Assembly: GCA_016201905.1 (NCBI GenBank)
Contig: JACQBQ010000024.1
Coordinates: 52,919 to 116,918 of the forward strand
DNA length: 64,000 bases
DNA from: Candidatus Melainabacteria bacterium
Lineage (GTDB): Bacteria > Cyanobacteriota > Vampirovibrionia > 2-02-FULL-35-15
Direction: 5' to 3'
Shown here: positions 17,638 through 27,913 of the stretch, in pieces
Layout: each line of letters starts with the position of its first letter
Position numbering within the stretch: the stretch's first letter is position 1
Made by a program: the position numbers and the translations under genes
The notes under the pieces: model-generated
The model's input: the letters and a program-made list of their open reading frames with translations, nothing else
Databases searched by the model: none
Told to the model about the DNA's origin: nothing

Positions 17638-19041
17638 TTACTTCTTTTGTGGCGGTGGCATTAAAGCATAGCGATCTAACCTTGATAACTCATGAAGAAA
17701 TGGAAGCACTCCACCAGTTAAACCAGGTCCAGGTAATAACGGTACAAGCATATAGGGTCTATCCTTTAGGATATCTTGCTTCAATAAAATATTTCTATCT
17801 TCTTTATTAAACATATCAACTCCAAAACTACGTAGTGCCCTTTGTATGTCTAAGTAACTGATTAGAAAATTACCCCCAGTATTAACATCTCCCACTTCTA
17901 CTTTTAGAGGTACTTGCTTACCATCTGGCGTAGTTACACTTGTATCAGGTTCTTTTCTTTCTACGAGCATTCCTACAAGATATCCTTCATTATCTACTGC
18001 TACTCCTCCTGAGTCACCCCTTTTAATAAGTGCATCAGTTACAATATCCCTTCTTTTTGTCCAATCTCTCCAATGAGGAGCAGCACCAGTAATTGTTCCA
18101 CTTGCAACTGACCAACCAGATTTCACAAGATTTAAGCCAGAACCTGGGAAAAATGGGCTTTTTGCAGATTTTATATTTATGCCTTCAAGCTTTGATTTTT
18201 GCAGTGCAAGTTGAATATTTGGAGGGAGTCTTAGTACAGCAATATCTCTTCCAATATATGCACTAGACCAAGGGGTTACATCATTAGGAAATTTAGTAGG
18301 GTTTAAATTCTTTACAAAAAGTCCATTAAAAAAAGAAACCTCTACAATGCTTTCCAAAAACTTTTCTTCACTAGTCCACCCATGTCCTGCAGTAGCTATG
18401 TAATATTCATTTTTTTTATCCTTAACAACAAATCCCATAAGAGAGCCAACATATTTACCAGCTTTATTGTAGATAGTTAGACTAACTACATTCGGCAGAG
18501 TTTTTTCTAAAGCCTTTAATCTTTTTGCTTCATCTGTTTTTATGTTAGCCGTTTTTGTACTAACATCTTTTACTTCTGTCTCAAGCTTCCCGAGTTTTAG
18601 TCCAGTATCTTCTACTCTTTTTGTTACCATACCTTGATGTTCTTCTACTACTGTAATTCTGCCTGATAAATCCTTGCTAGTTCCTTTTAGACCAGCTAGT
18701 TCTTCTTCTAAAGCTTTTTTGTCAGCACTTAACTTACTAATCAGGCCTTGGTATTCCATAAACTTTTGCTCGGTTTCCATTTGATAAATTGTACGAGCTC
18801 CTTTTTCTACTAGTCTTTGAGAGCTTTCATTTGCAAGCATTTTAGTATATGAAGCTTTTTGATCTTCGAGGTGCTTTGTCATTGCTGTTTTGCCTTCGGT
18901 TGCTTCATTGCGCAACTGTTCTACCTGACTTTGATGGTGTAAATGTAGACCACCAAGGCCAGCAGCAGTTATAGCAACAGGGGCCACTGCTTTTCCAGCA
19001 AGCCACTTAAAGAAACCAACTTTACTAACTTCATTAGACAT
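17638..19041 (-). CDS. Membrane-anchored trypsin-like (S1 family) serine peptidase with an N-terminal coiled coil
   Basis: 467 aa. An N-terminal hydrophobic segment and a long coiled-coil region are followed by a chymotrypsin-fold domain with TAGHGW (His) and GDSGG (Ser). Confidence 0.75.
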   Translation of the reverse strand: MSNEVSKVGFFKWLAGKAVAPVAITAAGLGGLHLHHQSQVEQLRNEATEGKTAMTKHLEDQKASYTKMLANESSQRLVEKGARTIYQMETEQKFMEYQGLISKLSADKKALEEELAGLKGTSKDLSGRITVVEEHQGMVTKRVEDTGLKLGKLETEVKDVSTKTANIKTDEAKRLKALEKTLPNVVSLTIYNKAGKYVGSLMGFVVKDKKNEYYIATAGHGWTSEEKFLESIVEVSFFNGLFVKNLNPTKFPNDVTPWSSAYIGRDIAVLRLPPNIQLALQKSKLEGINIKSAKSPFFPGSGLNLVKSGWSVASGTITGAAPHWRDWTKRRDIVTDALIKRGDSGGVAVDNEGYLVGMLVERKEPDTSVTTPDGKQVPLKVEVGDVNTGGNFLISYLDIQRALRSFGVDMFNKEDRNILLKQDILKDRPYMLVPLLPGPGLTGGVLPFLHELSRLDRYALMPPPQKK

Positions 19042-19203
19042 AAATCCTCCAGAAATAATGGTTAATGACCTATGCGGGTATAACCTCTTTTTATTGTTTG
19101 CCTTTCAAAATTAACCTTAATTCTATAGTTGCGTATGAGTTTTGTCTAGCATCAGTAAGTAAAAGGTAAGGTTAAAATGGTTAAAAAGAGAAATATAGCT
19201 TAA

Positions 19204-20571
19204 ATGCTCAAAATAAAAAGAATATTTGCTTTGCTTTTAACCACATCGTTCTTAACTTTGTTCATTCCGGTTTCATCCTTTGCTCTTCAAAGCTCTGAAA
19301 ACTGTACTTTTTACAAATGGTTTAATCCAAATACAAGCGATAAAGAAGGGAAACTTCTCTTAAAAAACTGTTCCAGCTGTCACATGTCTTATTACAAGGA
19401 ATGGAAAGATGATAAACATTCAATGTCTCAAAACAATCCTTTCTTTTTAGAAACCTATAAACAATTTAGACAAGATCATCCAAATGAAAATGGAAATTGT
19501 GCTCTGTGTCATAACCCAGAGGCAGCATTAGATCATGAGCTAAGTGTTGATCTTAGAGAAACAAAAAATAAAAAGACAAATGGAGTATCCTGTGATTTTT
19601 GCCATAAGATAGAAAGCATTGATCAAAACCCGCTTAAGCAAGGTGTTTCAGGCTTAAATATAGTAAGACCTTGCAAGGGATTTAAAGATATTAGATTTGG
19701 ACAAATTAAAGATCCAATTCAGCCAAGCGATAAAGAAGAATTAAAATATAACTCACTTTATAAAACAAGCCTTGTATGTGCCAAGTGCCACGATGGATCA
19801 AATGGTAATGTGCAGGTTTATTCTACATTTACTGAATGGCTAAACAGTCCAGCAGCTAAACGTGGGGTTCAATGTCAAAGCTGTCACATGCAGCCACGTA
19901 ATGAAAATAAAATTGTTGACAATACAAACATAAAATACAAAACTAGACCATACTACGAAGTCCACAGCCACAGCTTTTTAACAGGCAATCCTCACGAGTT
20001 TAGAAAAAAATATGTTAATTTAAAAATAGAGACTCAGAGAAATAAAAACACTGATAAGAAGAATGTTATTCTTGTAAAAGTAAAAGTTGAAAACAATAAT
20101 TTTGGGCATAGTTTTCCAACAGGCTCTCCAATGAGAAATGCAGTTTTAGTGCTGGATGTAAAATGCAAAAATAAAACTGGCAAGACAACTTTACCATTAC
20201 AAATTAAAGGGCCAAGACTATCAAGCTATGCAGGTAACTTAAGTGGAAAACCTGGAAAATTATTTGCAAAGATTTTAGCTGAAACAAGTAGCGAATATGC
20301 ATCACAACACAGTCAAGCTGGGATTTTATTTAGAAAAATTGCAGGCAAACTAGGTATACCAGCACAGGACTGGTGGAATGTCTTTATAGCTAGTGACACT
20401 AGGATTAAAGCAAATGAAGAAGATATTTCTACATATGGATTTGAAACAGATAACAACTGTCGTATTACTGCAAAGCTTATCTGGAGAAATACATGGCCAG
20501 GGCTTGCAAAATTAAAAGGTTTTATGATTCAAGAAGACTTATTAGTAAAAAAGATAATTGAATTAAAATAG
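19204..20571 (+). CDS. Secreted pentaheme c-type cytochrome
   Basis: 455 aa with a signal peptide. Five CxxCH motifs (CSSCH, CALCH, CDFCH, CAKCH, CQSCH) lie in the N-terminal 230 aa. Confidence 0.85.
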   Translation: MLKIKRIFALLLTTSFLTLFIPVSSFALQSSENCTFYKWFNPNTSDKEGKLLLKNCSSCHMSYYKEWKDDKHSMSQNNPFFLETYKQFRQDHPNENGNCALCHNPEAALDHELSVDLRETKNKKTNGVSCDFCHKIESIDQNPLKQGVSGLNIVRPCKGFKDIRFGQIKDPIQPSDKEELKYNSLYKTSLVCAKCHDGSNGNVQVYSTFTEWLNSPAAKRGVQCQSCHMQPRNENKIVDNTNIKYKTRPYYEVHSHSFLTGNPHEFRKKYVNLKIETQRNKNTDKKNVILVKVKVENNNFGHSFPTGSPMRNAVLVLDVKCKNKTGKTTLPLQIKGPRLSSYAGNLSGKPGKLFAKILAETSSEYASQHSQAGILFRKIAGKLGIPAQDWWNVFIASDTRIKANEEDISTYGFETDNNCRITAKLIWRNTWPGLAKLKGFMIQEDLLVKKIIELK

Positions 20572-20605
20572 AAAACCATTACTTAATAATACTTAAAAAC
20601 TTAAC

Positions 20606-23353
20606 TTAGCGACTTAATGGAATCTCTATATCCTTTGAAAAGGACATTCCTTGAGTTATCTGTGTAACAGTTAAGCTTATTTTTTCCGGGAAACCATTAG
20701 GAAATAATTCTGCTATCTCTTTTATTTTTTCTAGTTTTTTTATAGGCAGTACAATTAAATGTACCTTTTTACTTGAATCCTTTGCTGTCAAAGGAAATTT
20801 ATTTGGTGCTATAACTAAAGCCTTTTTAGGTAAATCAGTAGTTATATTAATCAAACTATCTTCCAGACTAGTGTTAAAAAGATTTTGATCAAAACTAACA
20901 ATTAAAAAACTTTTGGCAGGTTTTTTCTGTAAAAGTGTTAATCCACTTAAAGCTGGCCCTTCTATAGCTAAAGAAAAACTTACAGGCTCTCCAGATGAAG
21001 TATTGCCACCTGTAGAACTACTTGTTGAAGAGGAACTTACAGTATTTTTATTATTTGAAGCATCAATGCCTGCATTGCTTGGAGGTTCAATTTGTTTTCT
21101 TGTAAGCGTCAGTGAATCACCGACTATAGGTAATCTAAAAATCCCTCCGCCATTTGTAGCTGCATAAACAGCTGATCCATCAGGTGTAACTGTAAGTCCT
21201 CTTACCTCACGAATTAAAAGTCCATTACTAAATGATTGCCATGTCTGGCCATCATCACCTGAAACATAAAAACCAGTAACATTTCCAGCTGCATAAACTT
21301 GATGTGTGCTAGATATCGGATTAAAAATAATTGAAACAATATTGTCATTGAGATGATTTTCATTACTTAATACAGGCTGCCAGGTACTACCTGCATCACT
21401 TGATCTAAAAATTCGCCCGTCAGAACTTCCTACAAGAATAACTTGAGTGTTTGCTGGACAAACTGAGACTGAATGAAAGGATTTTACATCACCCAGTCCA
21501 TTGTTTATTTGTGTCCATGTTTCTCCACCATCTGTACTTTTAATTATGCCTGAATCATTTGTAGCAGCATAGACAATTTTTTCATCTGTTGGACTAACAT
21601 CACAAGACCAAGTATTTTTAAATCCTGATATTCCTGTTTGCTTATTTATCCACGTCATGCCACCATCTGTAGACTTAAACACTCCCCATCCAATTGAATC
21701 TACAGCATCATGAAAAAGAGATTTTTTAACACATGTAGCAAATGCAGTACTTGGGTTTGATTTTGCCCATTTTATGTCTGTAAAAACAATCTCACCATCT
21801 AAGCCAGTACTTGACGGATGAAGTGCATAATCTTCAGGGAAAAGCATGAAAACAGTTCTCCAGCTCATGCCACCATCAGTGCTAAGAAAGATTGAACTCA
21901 TAGCATTTTGGCTATCACCAAGAAGAACTTTACTACTATCAGCAGGGTGTGGCACAATTGCTTGAAGCTCATCTAATGCTACATCTCCAAGACCAACAGG
22001 CAGCCAGTTTACTCCTTTGTCTTCACTTAAAAAGACACCTGATCTTGAAGTAGCAAAAACTTTATTACCATCTGGGCTTACAGCTACATCTCTTGTTTCA
22101 GAACCAGAATACCCGAAAGCATTTGTAACCCATGTTTTCCCGCCATCTGTAGTTTTAAAAACTCCGCCTATATAACTGTCTACATATACTGTATTTTCAT
22201 CATTTGGATCAACTGCAATATCAATTGGATGGCCAGGATTAGAACCAAGTGGTCCAAACCCAGTCTCTGTCCAAGTCATACCTCCATCCTTTGATTTAAA
22301 AAATATTCCAAATGCACCAGCATAAATTACATTTGGATTTGTAGGGCTTATGCCAAGTGCTGAGTATAGCTGTGGGGAGCCATTGCTACGCTGTCTCTTT
22401 ACCTCAATCCATGTCATTCCACTATCACGAGTTACAATAATTGCTCCATCCTGATTTTCTATATCAGTATCAAACTGTGGAATCATTCCTGTTGTTCCCC
22501 AAATAGTATTTGGATTCATTGGATCAAATTTTATATTTGTAACATAAAGATTTCTTATTCCATTATTTATCTGGGCCCAAGTGCTACCACTATCTGTACT
22601 TTTATACACACCTTCAAGTTTTTCTAGCTGCTGTCTATCAAAAAATCCGCTTGCTACATAAGTAGTATTTGGATTATTTGGATCAATAATTACATCCTTA
22701 AATAAATTCCCCCCACTTAAAACCTGTGCCCAGTTTTCCCCGCCATCAGTTGTTCTATAAAGGATTCCATGTGTTCTTTGAAAGGCCCCCATAAAAGGGC
22801 CAATTTCTTCTAAGTCGCCCGATGCAAAAACTGTATTAGAATCTCCTGGCTTTACTGCAAGCCCTCTAATTTCAACCTCTTCACCGCTTGGTAAGCCATT
22901 GTCTTTATGCTGCCATGTTGCCCCGCCATCAGTTGACAGAAAAACACCCATTGCATTTTTTACACCACACCATATTCGCTGTGGATTATTTGGATCAATA
23001 GTAGTAACAAAAACAGGGATTGCATCTCCTGATTCACCTGCACGCGAATCAATCCCTTGAGTGCTTTCATCCCACGTTAATCCGCGATCACCTGAAATAT
23101 GAATACCAGCAAACGAATCAGTAACAATAATTTTATTGGAATCATTAGGACTAAACCTTATTGTGTAACCTTGCCCACCAAATGGACCATTTAATTTCTG
23201 CCATGGCATTAAAAGGACTTGGTACTTATCAATCAATTCATCTGGTGTTGCAAAATCAGAATATTCTTTAGAGATAATTTTATTCTGTAGAAAGAAAAAT
23301 ATTAAGATCACAAACAAAAAGATAAGAGAAAATCTAAGCTTATAAGTTTTCAT
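20606..23353 (-). CDS. Secreted BNR/Asp-box repeat protein (multi-bladed beta-propeller; Ycf48/sortilin-like)
   Basis: 915 aa with a signal peptide. At least 12 SxDxGxTW Asp-box repeats (STDGGATW, TTDGGENW, STDSGSTW and others), then a Ser/Thr-rich linker and a C-terminal domain. Confidence 0.8.
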   Translation of the reverse strand: MKTYKLRFSLIFLFVILIFFFLQNKIISKEYSDFATPDELIDKYQVLLMPWQKLNGPFGGQGYTIRFSPNDSNKIIVTDSFAGIHISGDRGLTWDESTQGIDSRAGESGDAIPVFVTTIDPNNPQRIWCGVKNAMGVFLSTDGGATWQHKDNGLPSGEEVEIRGLAVKPGDSNTVFASGDLEEIGPFMGAFQRTHGILYRTTDGGENWAQVLSGGNLFKDVIIDPNNPNTTYVASGFFDRQQLEKLEGVYKSTDSGSTWAQINNGIRNLYVTNIKFDPMNPNTIWGTTGMIPQFDTDIENQDGAIIVTRDSGMTWIEVKRQRSNGSPQLYSALGISPTNPNVIYAGAFGIFFKSKDGGMTWTETGFGPLGSNPGHPIDIAVDPNDENTVYVDSYIGGVFKTTDGGKTWVTNAFGYSGSETRDVAVSPDGNKVFATSRSGVFLSEDKGVNWLPVGLGDVALDELQAIVPHPADSSKVLLGDSQNAMSSIFLSTDGGMSWRTVFMLFPEDYALHPSSTGLDGEIVFTDIKWAKSNPSTAFATCVKKSLFHDAVDSIGWGVFKSTDGGMTWINKQTGISGFKNTWSCDVSPTDEKIVYAATNDSGIIKSTDGGETWTQINNGLGDVKSFHSVSVCPANTQVILVGSSDGRIFRSSDAGSTWQPVLSNENHLNDNIVSIIFNPISSTHQVYAAGNVTGFYVSGDDGQTWQSFSNGLLIREVRGLTVTPDGSAVYAATNGGGIFRLPIVGDSLTLTRKQIEPPSNAGIDASNNKNTVSSSSTSSSTGGNTSSGEPVSFSLAIEGPALSGLTLLQKKPAKSFLIVSFDQNLFNTSLEDSLINITTDLPKKALVIAPNKFPLTAKDSSKKVHLIVLPIKKLEKIKEIAELFPNGFPEKISLTVTQITQGMSFSKDIEIPLSR

Positions 23354-23541
23354 ATTTACAAATAAATATACACAAGAATCATCATCAATATAATCGTTTG
23401 TTATATTTGTCTATTTACTTGAAATAGTATCTCCAGTGATAAGAGTCACGCTAAAAAACTCACTCTAGAATGGCTTTTTAACAATCTCTGCACAAATAAG
23501 TGATGAGTGTTACAGAAGTTTAGAACTACGTTATAGACAAT

Positions 23542-23841
23542 ATGGTTAGAGGGAAGGTGAGCGACATGAATCATAATTTACAACAAGTTAAAGATTTAGA
23601 GAACATCGCCGACTGGGTAAAAAGAATTGAGCCAGAACTTTTATCTAATTTTGTACGATACTGGTCAATAAGAAAATCCCTTCCATCCATTGCATCAGCC
23701 TTGATTAACGAAATAAAAACTGCGGGTTCATCAAATGACTGGCTAAGTCTCATTGAATCAAACCATAAGTTTAGAGAACTGTATGGAGAAGAAAAGGCGG
23801 ATGAGTTAGTAGATATTATTGAAAAGAATAGCTCAGCCTAG
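23542..23841 (+). CDS. Hypothetical protein
   Basis: 99-aa ORF; no motif. Confidence 0.35.
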   Translation: MVRGKVSDMNHNLQQVKDLENIADWVKRIEPELLSNFVRYWSIRKSLPSIASALINEIKTAGSSNDWLSLIESNHKFRELYGEEKADELVDIIEKNSSA

Positions 23842-24839
23842 ACAAACCTTGCTAAGACTGGTTTACTTTCCACATGCATTTTCTGCTCAGCTTCTTCTAG
23901 GATTTTTACTACCTGATAGCCGCTTGTACCATCTGAGCGTGGAGCTTCGCCCGACTCTATACAATGAACAAAATGCTCACACTCTAATCTTAAAGGCTCT
24001 TCTTCACTGTAACTTGTAGATTCTACTTTTACAGTGCCATCCTGTTCTATTGAATAAAGCTCCAGCTTATTTTGAATCCTGCTGTCGTTTAATACTGCTG
24101 TTTTCTTGCTCCCATTTACGGTTAATAAAACCTGCTTCTGCGGATCAATCCAGCTATTGTGAATATGTGCAGGAACATCACCCGGAAAGTTTAAGTCAAG
24201 GTGAGCAACATCAATTACACCATCGCTATTTGTAGACCATCCACAGGCATTTACAATGCCACTTGGTTCAAGTCCTAATATATAGCTCATCATAGAAATA
24301 TCATGGGGAGCCAGATCCCAAATGACATTATTATCTCTTCTTGCTTGCTGATTAAAATTTCTTCTATCACTGTTTAAAAATCTGACTTCGCCAAGTTCAC
24401 CTTTAAAAATTAATTCTCTAAGACAATTTACAGCAGGATGATAAACCAAAAGATGTCCCACCATTAAGATAAGGTTTTTTACACCAGCTAAATGGTTTAA
24501 TTCTTGAGCCTGCAAATAACCTCTTGCTAAAGGCTTTTCAACATATACATTCTTACCAGCTAAGAGCGCTAGTCTTGCAAGTGAATAGTGAGTATGTGTT
24601 GGTGTAGCTATTACAATACCTTTTATATCTGGATCTGAAATCAGGTCTGAATAGCTTATAGTAACTTTCACACTGTATGTTTTTCGTACTAAGTCCAAGA
24701 CTTTTGGATCAGCATCACAAACGGTGTTCAGAACTTTGATCTGGGATAAATTTCTTGCTAGGTTTTTACCCCAACTCCCACAGCCTGCAAGAGCAATATT
24801 GTTTTTCATAATATTTTTCCATAGAAGCATTGCATGCAA
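23838..24839 (-). CDS. Gfo/Idh/MocA family NAD(P)-dependent oxidoreductase
   Basis: 333 aa. N-terminal Rossmann motif IALAGCGSWGKNLARNL and the EKPLA motif typical of the family. Confidence 0.85.
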   Translation of the reverse strand: MHAMLLWKNIMKNNIALAGCGSWGKNLARNLSQIKVLNTVCDADPKVLDLVRKTYSVKVTISYSDLISDPDIKGIVIATPTHTHYSLARLALLAGKNVYVEKPLARGYLQAQELNHLAGVKNLILMVGHLLVYHPAVNCLRELIFKGELGEVRFLNSDRRNFNQQARRDNNVIWDLAPHDISMMSYILGLEPSGIVNACGWSTNSDGVIDVAHLDLNFPGDVPAHIHNSWIDPQKQVLLTVNGSKKTAVLNDSRIQNKLELYSIEQDGTVKVESTSYSEEEPLRLECEHFVHCIESGEAPRSDGTSGYQVVKILEEAEQKMHVESKPVLARFV

Positions 24840-24864
24840 TGCTTCTATGTTTACAAAAATACTT

Positions 24865-25143
24865 TTATTTTTTATTTACTGCTGTTTTAAATTGTTTGCC
24901 AGCAGTAAATGCAGGAACCTTCTTTGCTGGGATACTAATCTCAGCACCAGTTCTTGGATCGCGACCTTTTCTGGCACGACGGTCTCTTCTTTGGAAAGTG
25001 CCAAAACCAACTAAGGTCACTTTTTCTCCTCTTGCTACTGACTTGGTAATAGCATTAATAACCAAATCAAGACATTCTTCTGATTGTCTTTTGCTTGTAT
25101 TTGTTTTGTTTGCAATTAACTCAATTAACTCTGCTTTATTCAT
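24865..25143 (-). CDS. hup: DNA-binding protein HU
   Basis: 92 aa. MNKAELIE...GFGTFQRRDRRARKGRDPRTGAEIxIPAKKVPxFxAGK is canonical HU. Confidence 0.93.
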   Translation of the reverse strand: MNKAELIELIANKTNTSKRQSEECLDLVINAITKSVARGEKVTLVGFGTFQRRDRRARKGRDPRTGAEISIPAKKVPAFTAGKQFKTAVNKK

Positions 25144-25318
25144 TTTCTTACTTTTCCTTTCTCTTATCCCTATAGAATAGCTATTCTAACTGATTTTCGT
25201 TTACTTATTACCTGCAAAGTACCGAAAATACTGAATAATACTTTAACACTAAAGGTGAAAATCAAGCCAGTCCTTCTTGCTTTTAACTTTTTAATTTGTG
25301 ATAACATAAATTATAAAC

Positions 25319-26452
25319 TTGCTTGGATTTAAAAAAATGGCAATAATTTCAACTTCAGATTCCAATAACTCTTCATCAAAGCCAGAAAAAGGTGCAAATA
25401 AAAACAGGCAAAAAGCAACCCCGGTAGTTTCATTAAAATCAGAACCAACACAATTAGATGAACAATTTGAACCAAGTTTAAGACCTCAAAATTTTAATCA
25501 ATATGTAGGCCAATCAAGGCTAAAAGAGTTATTACGAGTTTGTACAGGCGCAGCAAAAAAAAGAGGTGACCTAACAAGTACCGGACATTTCTTGCTTTAT
25601 GGCTCACCAGGGCTTGGAAAAACAAGCTGTGCAATTATTCTAGCTCGTGAAATTGGAACAGAAGCAAAAGTCTTTAGCGCACCAGCTCTAGCACAACCAA
25701 AAGACATAATTGGGGTTTTACTTTCACTAAATAGTGGTGATGTTTTATTTATCGATGAAATACATCGCTTAAATAAAATAACTGAAGAGCTGCTTTACTC
25801 TGCAATGGAAGATTATGTACTTGATCTAACAGTAGGAAAATCACACACAGCTAGAGTAACCAGACTACCCATAAACAGATTTATTTTAGTCGGGGCTACA
25901 ACAAGGCTTGGCAGCTTATCAAGTCCGCTTAGAGACCGTTTTACACACATATACAAGATGGAGTTTTACACTACTGATGAGCTAATTCAAATCATTGAAA
26001 ACACAAGCAAAGTTTTAAAATTTGAAATTACAAAAGATGCAGCTCTTGAAATTGCAAAGAGAGCCCGCGGCACACCAAGAATTGTAAATAGACTTACAAG
26101 ACTTGTCAGGGATTACTCACAGCATGAAAATATTTCTCCTACAAAAAAAGAAGATGCTATAGCAGCTCTAGAACTTTTCAAAGTAGATCCAAATGGCCTT
26201 GAAGAAAGTGACAAACAACTACTTAGAATAATCATTGAAAGCTATGACGGTGGGCCTGTCGGCATTGAAGCACTAGCAGCTACATTAGGTGAAGAAAGAC
26301 AAACAATTGAAGACTGCTATGAGCCTTATCTACTCCAAGCAGGGTTTTTAGCCAGAACAACGAGAGGAAGAGTAGTTACTGAAGCTGCTTACAAGTATTT
26401 AAATATTGAAAGAAAAGAAAAAGACACAAGTCAGTTAAAAATAAATATTTAG
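25319..26452 (+). CDS. ruvB: Holliday junction branch migration ATPase RuvB (with an N-terminal extension; the start may be internal)
   Basis: LRPQNFNQYVGQ, Walker A GSPGLGKTS and the sensor/arginine-finger regions match RuvB. Confidence 0.93.
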   Translation: MLGFKKMAIISTSDSNNSSSKPEKGANKNRQKATPVVSLKSEPTQLDEQFEPSLRPQNFNQYVGQSRLKELLRVCTGAAKKRGDLTSTGHFLLYGSPGLGKTSCAIILAREIGTEAKVFSAPALAQPKDIIGVLLSLNSGDVLFIDEIHRLNKITEELLYSAMEDYVLDLTVGKSHTARVTRLPINRFILVGATTRLGSLSSPLRDRFTHIYKMEFYTTDELIQIIENTSKVLKFEITKDAALEIAKRARGTPRIVNRLTRLVRDYSQHENISPTKKEDAIAALELFKVDPNGLEESDKQLLRIIIESYDGGPVGIEALAATLGEERQTIEDCYEPYLLQAGFLARTTRGRVVTEAAYKYLNIERKEKDTSQLKINI

Positions 26453-26490
26453 CTTTCTTTTTTAAGGCCAGTAAGATATGATTTCTAACT

Positions 26491-27783
26491 GTGAGCAACT
26501 CTAAAAAAAAGACAAAAATAGGGCTTCTGGGGGCAGGTGTTGTCGGTTCTGGAATTGTTAAGGCACTGCAGAATCATCCCTATGTTGAAATAAAAAAAAT
26601 TGGTGTAAAGGATTTAAGTAAAAGCCGGGATCTTAACGGGGGCGGGAATAATTATTCTAATCTGCTGACTGCAAACTTAAATGAGATCGTCAGCGATCCA
26701 GAGATTGAAATTGTTGTTGAAGTTTTAGGTGGGTTAAAGACAGCAAAAGATCTAGTTACAAGTGCCATAAAGAACAATAAACATATTGTTACTGCAAACA
26801 AAGATTTAATCGCAACTTATGGTGCTGAGCTTTTTGATCTAGCTCGTGATAAGAATGTTCAGATCCAGTTTGAAGCAAGTGTATGTGGTGGCATTCCAAT
26901 AATTAACACGCTAAAGCAAACACTAAGTGCAAACAAGTTTTCAAAGATAGTTGGTATATTAAACGGAACTACAAACTATATTTTGACTGAGATGCTAAAC
27001 AAAAATTTAAGTTTTGATGCATGTCTGAAAGAAGCACAAAAATTAGGTTATGCTGAAGCAAATTCAGCAAATGACATTTCAGGGAAAGATGCAGCTTATA
27101 AACTTGCAATACTTGCAAGCATTGCATTTCACGAAAGAATAAAAATTGAAGAAGTATACACTGAGGGCATTGAAAAAATTACTCCGCTGGATATTACTCT
27201 GGCTGAAGAGCTTGGTTATAGAATTAAACTTATAGGACTTGCTAAAAAAGAGCCTGATGAAAAGATTGATATAAGAGTTCATCCGGCTTTTATTAAAAAA
27301 ACAAATACTCTTGCTTCTGTATTTGGTGTAAACAATGGCGTACTTATAGAAGGGGATCTTGTAGGAGAGCTGACACTTATCGGGCGAGGTGCAGGTCAAA
27401 TGCCTACAGCAAGTTCTGTAGTAGGTGATATAAACCTGCTTGTGGCACAGCTATCGTATTCTCATGAAGCTCACCCACAGTTTGTATGTCAGCACACAAA
27501 CTATGCAAAAATTATGCCAATAGCAAATACTACCAACTCCTACTTTTTAAGAGTACAAACAGAAGATAAGCCAGGTGTTGTTGGTCAGATTGGAACAATA
27601 TTTGGCAAACATGAGGTAAGCATAAACGCTCTTACCCAAAGAAGTGTAAACCGCGATGGCAGTGCTTCAATAACCATGCTTACACACCTGGTTAAAGAAG
27701 AAAAAATACAAGGTGCTTTGAGTGAAATAAAAAAAACAAATGCTGTGAAACAAGTAGAAAATGTGATTAGGGTATTAGAATGA
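26491..27783 (+). CDS. hom: Homoserine dehydrogenase
   Basis: 430 aa. N-terminal NAD-binding GLLGAGVVGSG, a catalytic domain and a C-terminal ACT domain. Confidence 0.9.
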   Translation: MSNSKKKTKIGLLGAGVVGSGIVKALQNHPYVEIKKIGVKDLSKSRDLNGGGNNYSNLLTANLNEIVSDPEIEIVVEVLGGLKTAKDLVTSAIKNNKHIVTANKDLIATYGAELFDLARDKNVQIQFEASVCGGIPIINTLKQTLSANKFSKIVGILNGTTNYILTEMLNKNLSFDACLKEAQKLGYAEANSANDISGKDAAYKLAILASIAFHERIKIEEVYTEGIEKITPLDITLAEELGYRIKLIGLAKKEPDEKIDIRVHPAFIKKTNTLASVFGVNNGVLIEGDLVGELTLIGRGAGQMPTASSVVGDINLLVAQLSYSHEAHPQFVCQHTNYAKIMPIANTTNSYFLRVQTEDKPGVVGQIGTIFGKHEVSINALTQRSVNRDGSASITMLTHLVKEEKIQGALSEIKKTNAVKQVENVIRVLE

Positions 27784-27794
27784 TAACTTTACAC

Positions 27795-27884
27795 GTCATT
27801 GCGAGAAGCGTTAGCGACGAAGCAATCTCAACAACGTGAGTGAGATTGCCACGTCGTCCGCCTAGGCGGACTTCTCGCAATGAC
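27795..27884. mobile_element. Palindromic MITE-like repeat copy D (hom-aspS intergenic)
   Basis: ACGTCATTGCGAG...CTCGCAATGACGT termini with an internal inverted repeat gacgaagcaatctca/tgagattgccacgtcgtc. Confidence 0.85.
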
Positions 27885-27913
27885 GTTATACGGTAAAATA
27901 AATAATAAATCTA

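Noticed and set aside
20606-23353. Asp-box (BNR) repeat protein considered as a sialidase, given the nearby nanE and nagB-like genes
   Set aside because: It has 12 or more Asp boxes regularly spaced through the whole protein, which fits a multi-bladed propeller (Ycf48/sortilin/xyloglucanase-like) better than a 6-bladed sialidase. No RIP/FRIP catalytic motif was seen.
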